Of a stretch of 64,000 bases of DNA, positions 62,120 to 64,000 are shown piece by piece. The notes beneath the pieces were generated by a model that ran no database searches, was not told the DNA's origin, and was given only the letters and a program-made list of their open reading frames with translations. The stretch is from the human T2T-CHM13v2.0 reference genome, Homo sapiens. A program made the position numbers and the translations under genes. Positions within the stretch are counted from its first letter, which is position 1, and every line of letters begins with the position of its first letter. The stretch lies in NCBI RefSeq assembly GCF_009914755.1, contig NC_060927.1; one strand, 5' to 3'.

Positions 62120-62576
62120 TAAATTCCAGTTCTTTAACGTTTGGGAGACTCTGTGTTCTGGAAGTTGAAGTATCAACAAAGGGGTGCGTGAGCGAAGGCA
62201 AAAGGAAAAAAGAGAGAAAAAGGTGGGATAATCAACTAAGTCTCCTGCTTCTGAAGGTCAGTGTGCTGTCTGCATTTTCTGTGCTTTCCTGCAGCTCCGT
62301 AGCCCACCGTTCAGTCAGGCAGACCATCACTCCCTGGTTAAGAACCTCAGCAGCCTTTTAGATACCACCGCGGGCAAGTGCCGCAAATGACTCTGGGCAA
62401 ATAGAAAAAGTGTGCTCTCCAGACCGACGCAGCCCCTCTCCAAGGAATAGGACATGTAGGGTAGAGCAAGGGCTGAATTTTGGACCTCAGTCACCCCTTT
62501 GGTTGTGTTAAAGCAGGGAACCGCCAGAACAATAGCCTGCAGAGACACTGACTGGAGGGTTTAGCCCACTTCAGGT

Positions 62577-63018
62577 TGTGAAAGGAAAATAAATCTTGGG
62601 ACACCAAAATCACTACACTAAAGGGGAAAAATCAAGCTGGGAACTGCTTAAGGCAAACCTGCCTCCCATTTTATTCAAAGTCATCCCTCTGCTCACTGAG
62701 ATAAATGCATGTCTGATTGCCTGAAAGACTAATCAGAAACTCAAAAGAATGCAACGATCTGTCTCTCACCTATGACCTGGAAACCCCTCCCCCACTTCAA
62801 GTTGTCCCGCCTTTCTAGACAGAACCAATGTACATCATACATATATTGATTGATGTCTCATGTCTCCCTAAAATGTATAAAAGCAAGCTGTGCCCTGACC
62901 ACCTTGGGCACATGTCCTTAGGACCTCTTGAGGCTGTGTCACAGGCGTGCATCCTTAACTTTGGCAAAATAAACTTCCTAAATTGCCTGAGACCTGTCTC
63001 CGATATTTTGGGTTAACA
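62577..63018 (+). mobile_element. MER4A-like ERV1 solo LTR
   Basis: TGTGAAAGGAAAATAAATCTTGGGAC..TTTTGGGTTAACA; 4-bp TSD AGGT. Confidence 0.85.
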
Positions 63019-63085
63019 AGGTCTTCACCACTAACACAAAAATAAGGCCCAAATTTTATCATGTACGTAAACTGCAATTCATTAA

Positions 63086-63447
<362 letters not shown>

Positions 63448-63588
63448 GTTTATTTATGTAAGCATCAATGCATTTATTCAACAAACATTTATGAAGGCCT
63501 ACTCCATGCTCAGTGCCAAGATAAAAAGTTGAGTAAGCCATGATCTCTATTTATAAGGAGCTCCTTTGATAAGGAAAACGTAAGTGTT

Positions 63589-63712
63589 TATATATATATG
63601 TGTGTGTGTATGTGTGTGTGTGCATGTGTGTGTGTTTGTACCTGAATTTATCTGTTGATTATTGATTATCTATCATCTATCTACCTATCTATCCATCCAT
63701 CCATCCATCAAT
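63589..63712. repeat. (TA)/(TG) and (TCTA)/(TCCA) microsatellites
   Basis: Direct reading. Confidence 0.9.
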
Positions 63713-64000
63713 CGATAATGAAAACTAAATGTTTGGTAAGCATGAGGGGAACCTCCTCTGCATGGAAAAGTTAGAAAAGCATGAAAGCATTTGAGCTGGC
63801 CCCTAAAACTGTGAGTAAGACTTCTTTCTATCAAAAACCCTATTTTGGGGGAAGGGGGACAGCATACCCTGTTAAAAATCTACATTCTGACTAATAATAA
63901 TGTGACTAATTTCTGGCCAGTGAGATGTGAGTAAATATGTGAGACTTCCAAGAAGTCTTCTTAAAGGGGAAGGAATGAATATTTTTCTTGTTTTTGCTTT

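Overview
Human (primate) genomic DNA, AT-rich and dense in Alu, L1, L2, MIR, LTR and DNA-transposon remnants. Almost every ORF in the supplied track is a repeat-derived or chance ORF. (1) One spliced protein-coding gene lies on the + strand and is missed by the ORF track. It has a non-coding exon 1 after a TATA box and three coding exons (9128-9176, 20533-20666, 22085-22174). These give a 90-aa secreted precursor (signal peptide, propeptide ending in RLKR, 53-aa mature peptide) that I recognise as C3orf85, which would place the window at chr3q13. (2) A probable spliced lncRNA lies at about 50.5-57.5 kb (LINC00488 by recalled position), with a solo HERV-H LTR7 about 1.4 kb upstream. (3) The most unexpected signal is in the first 3.5 kb. 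Once a THE1 LTR, an Alu and an MLT1 LTR are removed, hand translation gives a stop- and frameshift-ridden but colinear series of motifs resembling a Mononegavirales L protein (RdRp motifs B, C and D, PRNTase motifs A, B, D and E, and a possible MTase start). This suggests an ancient endogenous non-retroviral RNA-virus element. (4) Several informative retrotransposition scars are present: two L1 3' transductions, a twin-primed L1, an endonuclease site hit twice, deep TE nests and an unexplained 39-bp palindrome. Repeat subfamily names come from remembered consensus sequences, not from a database search.
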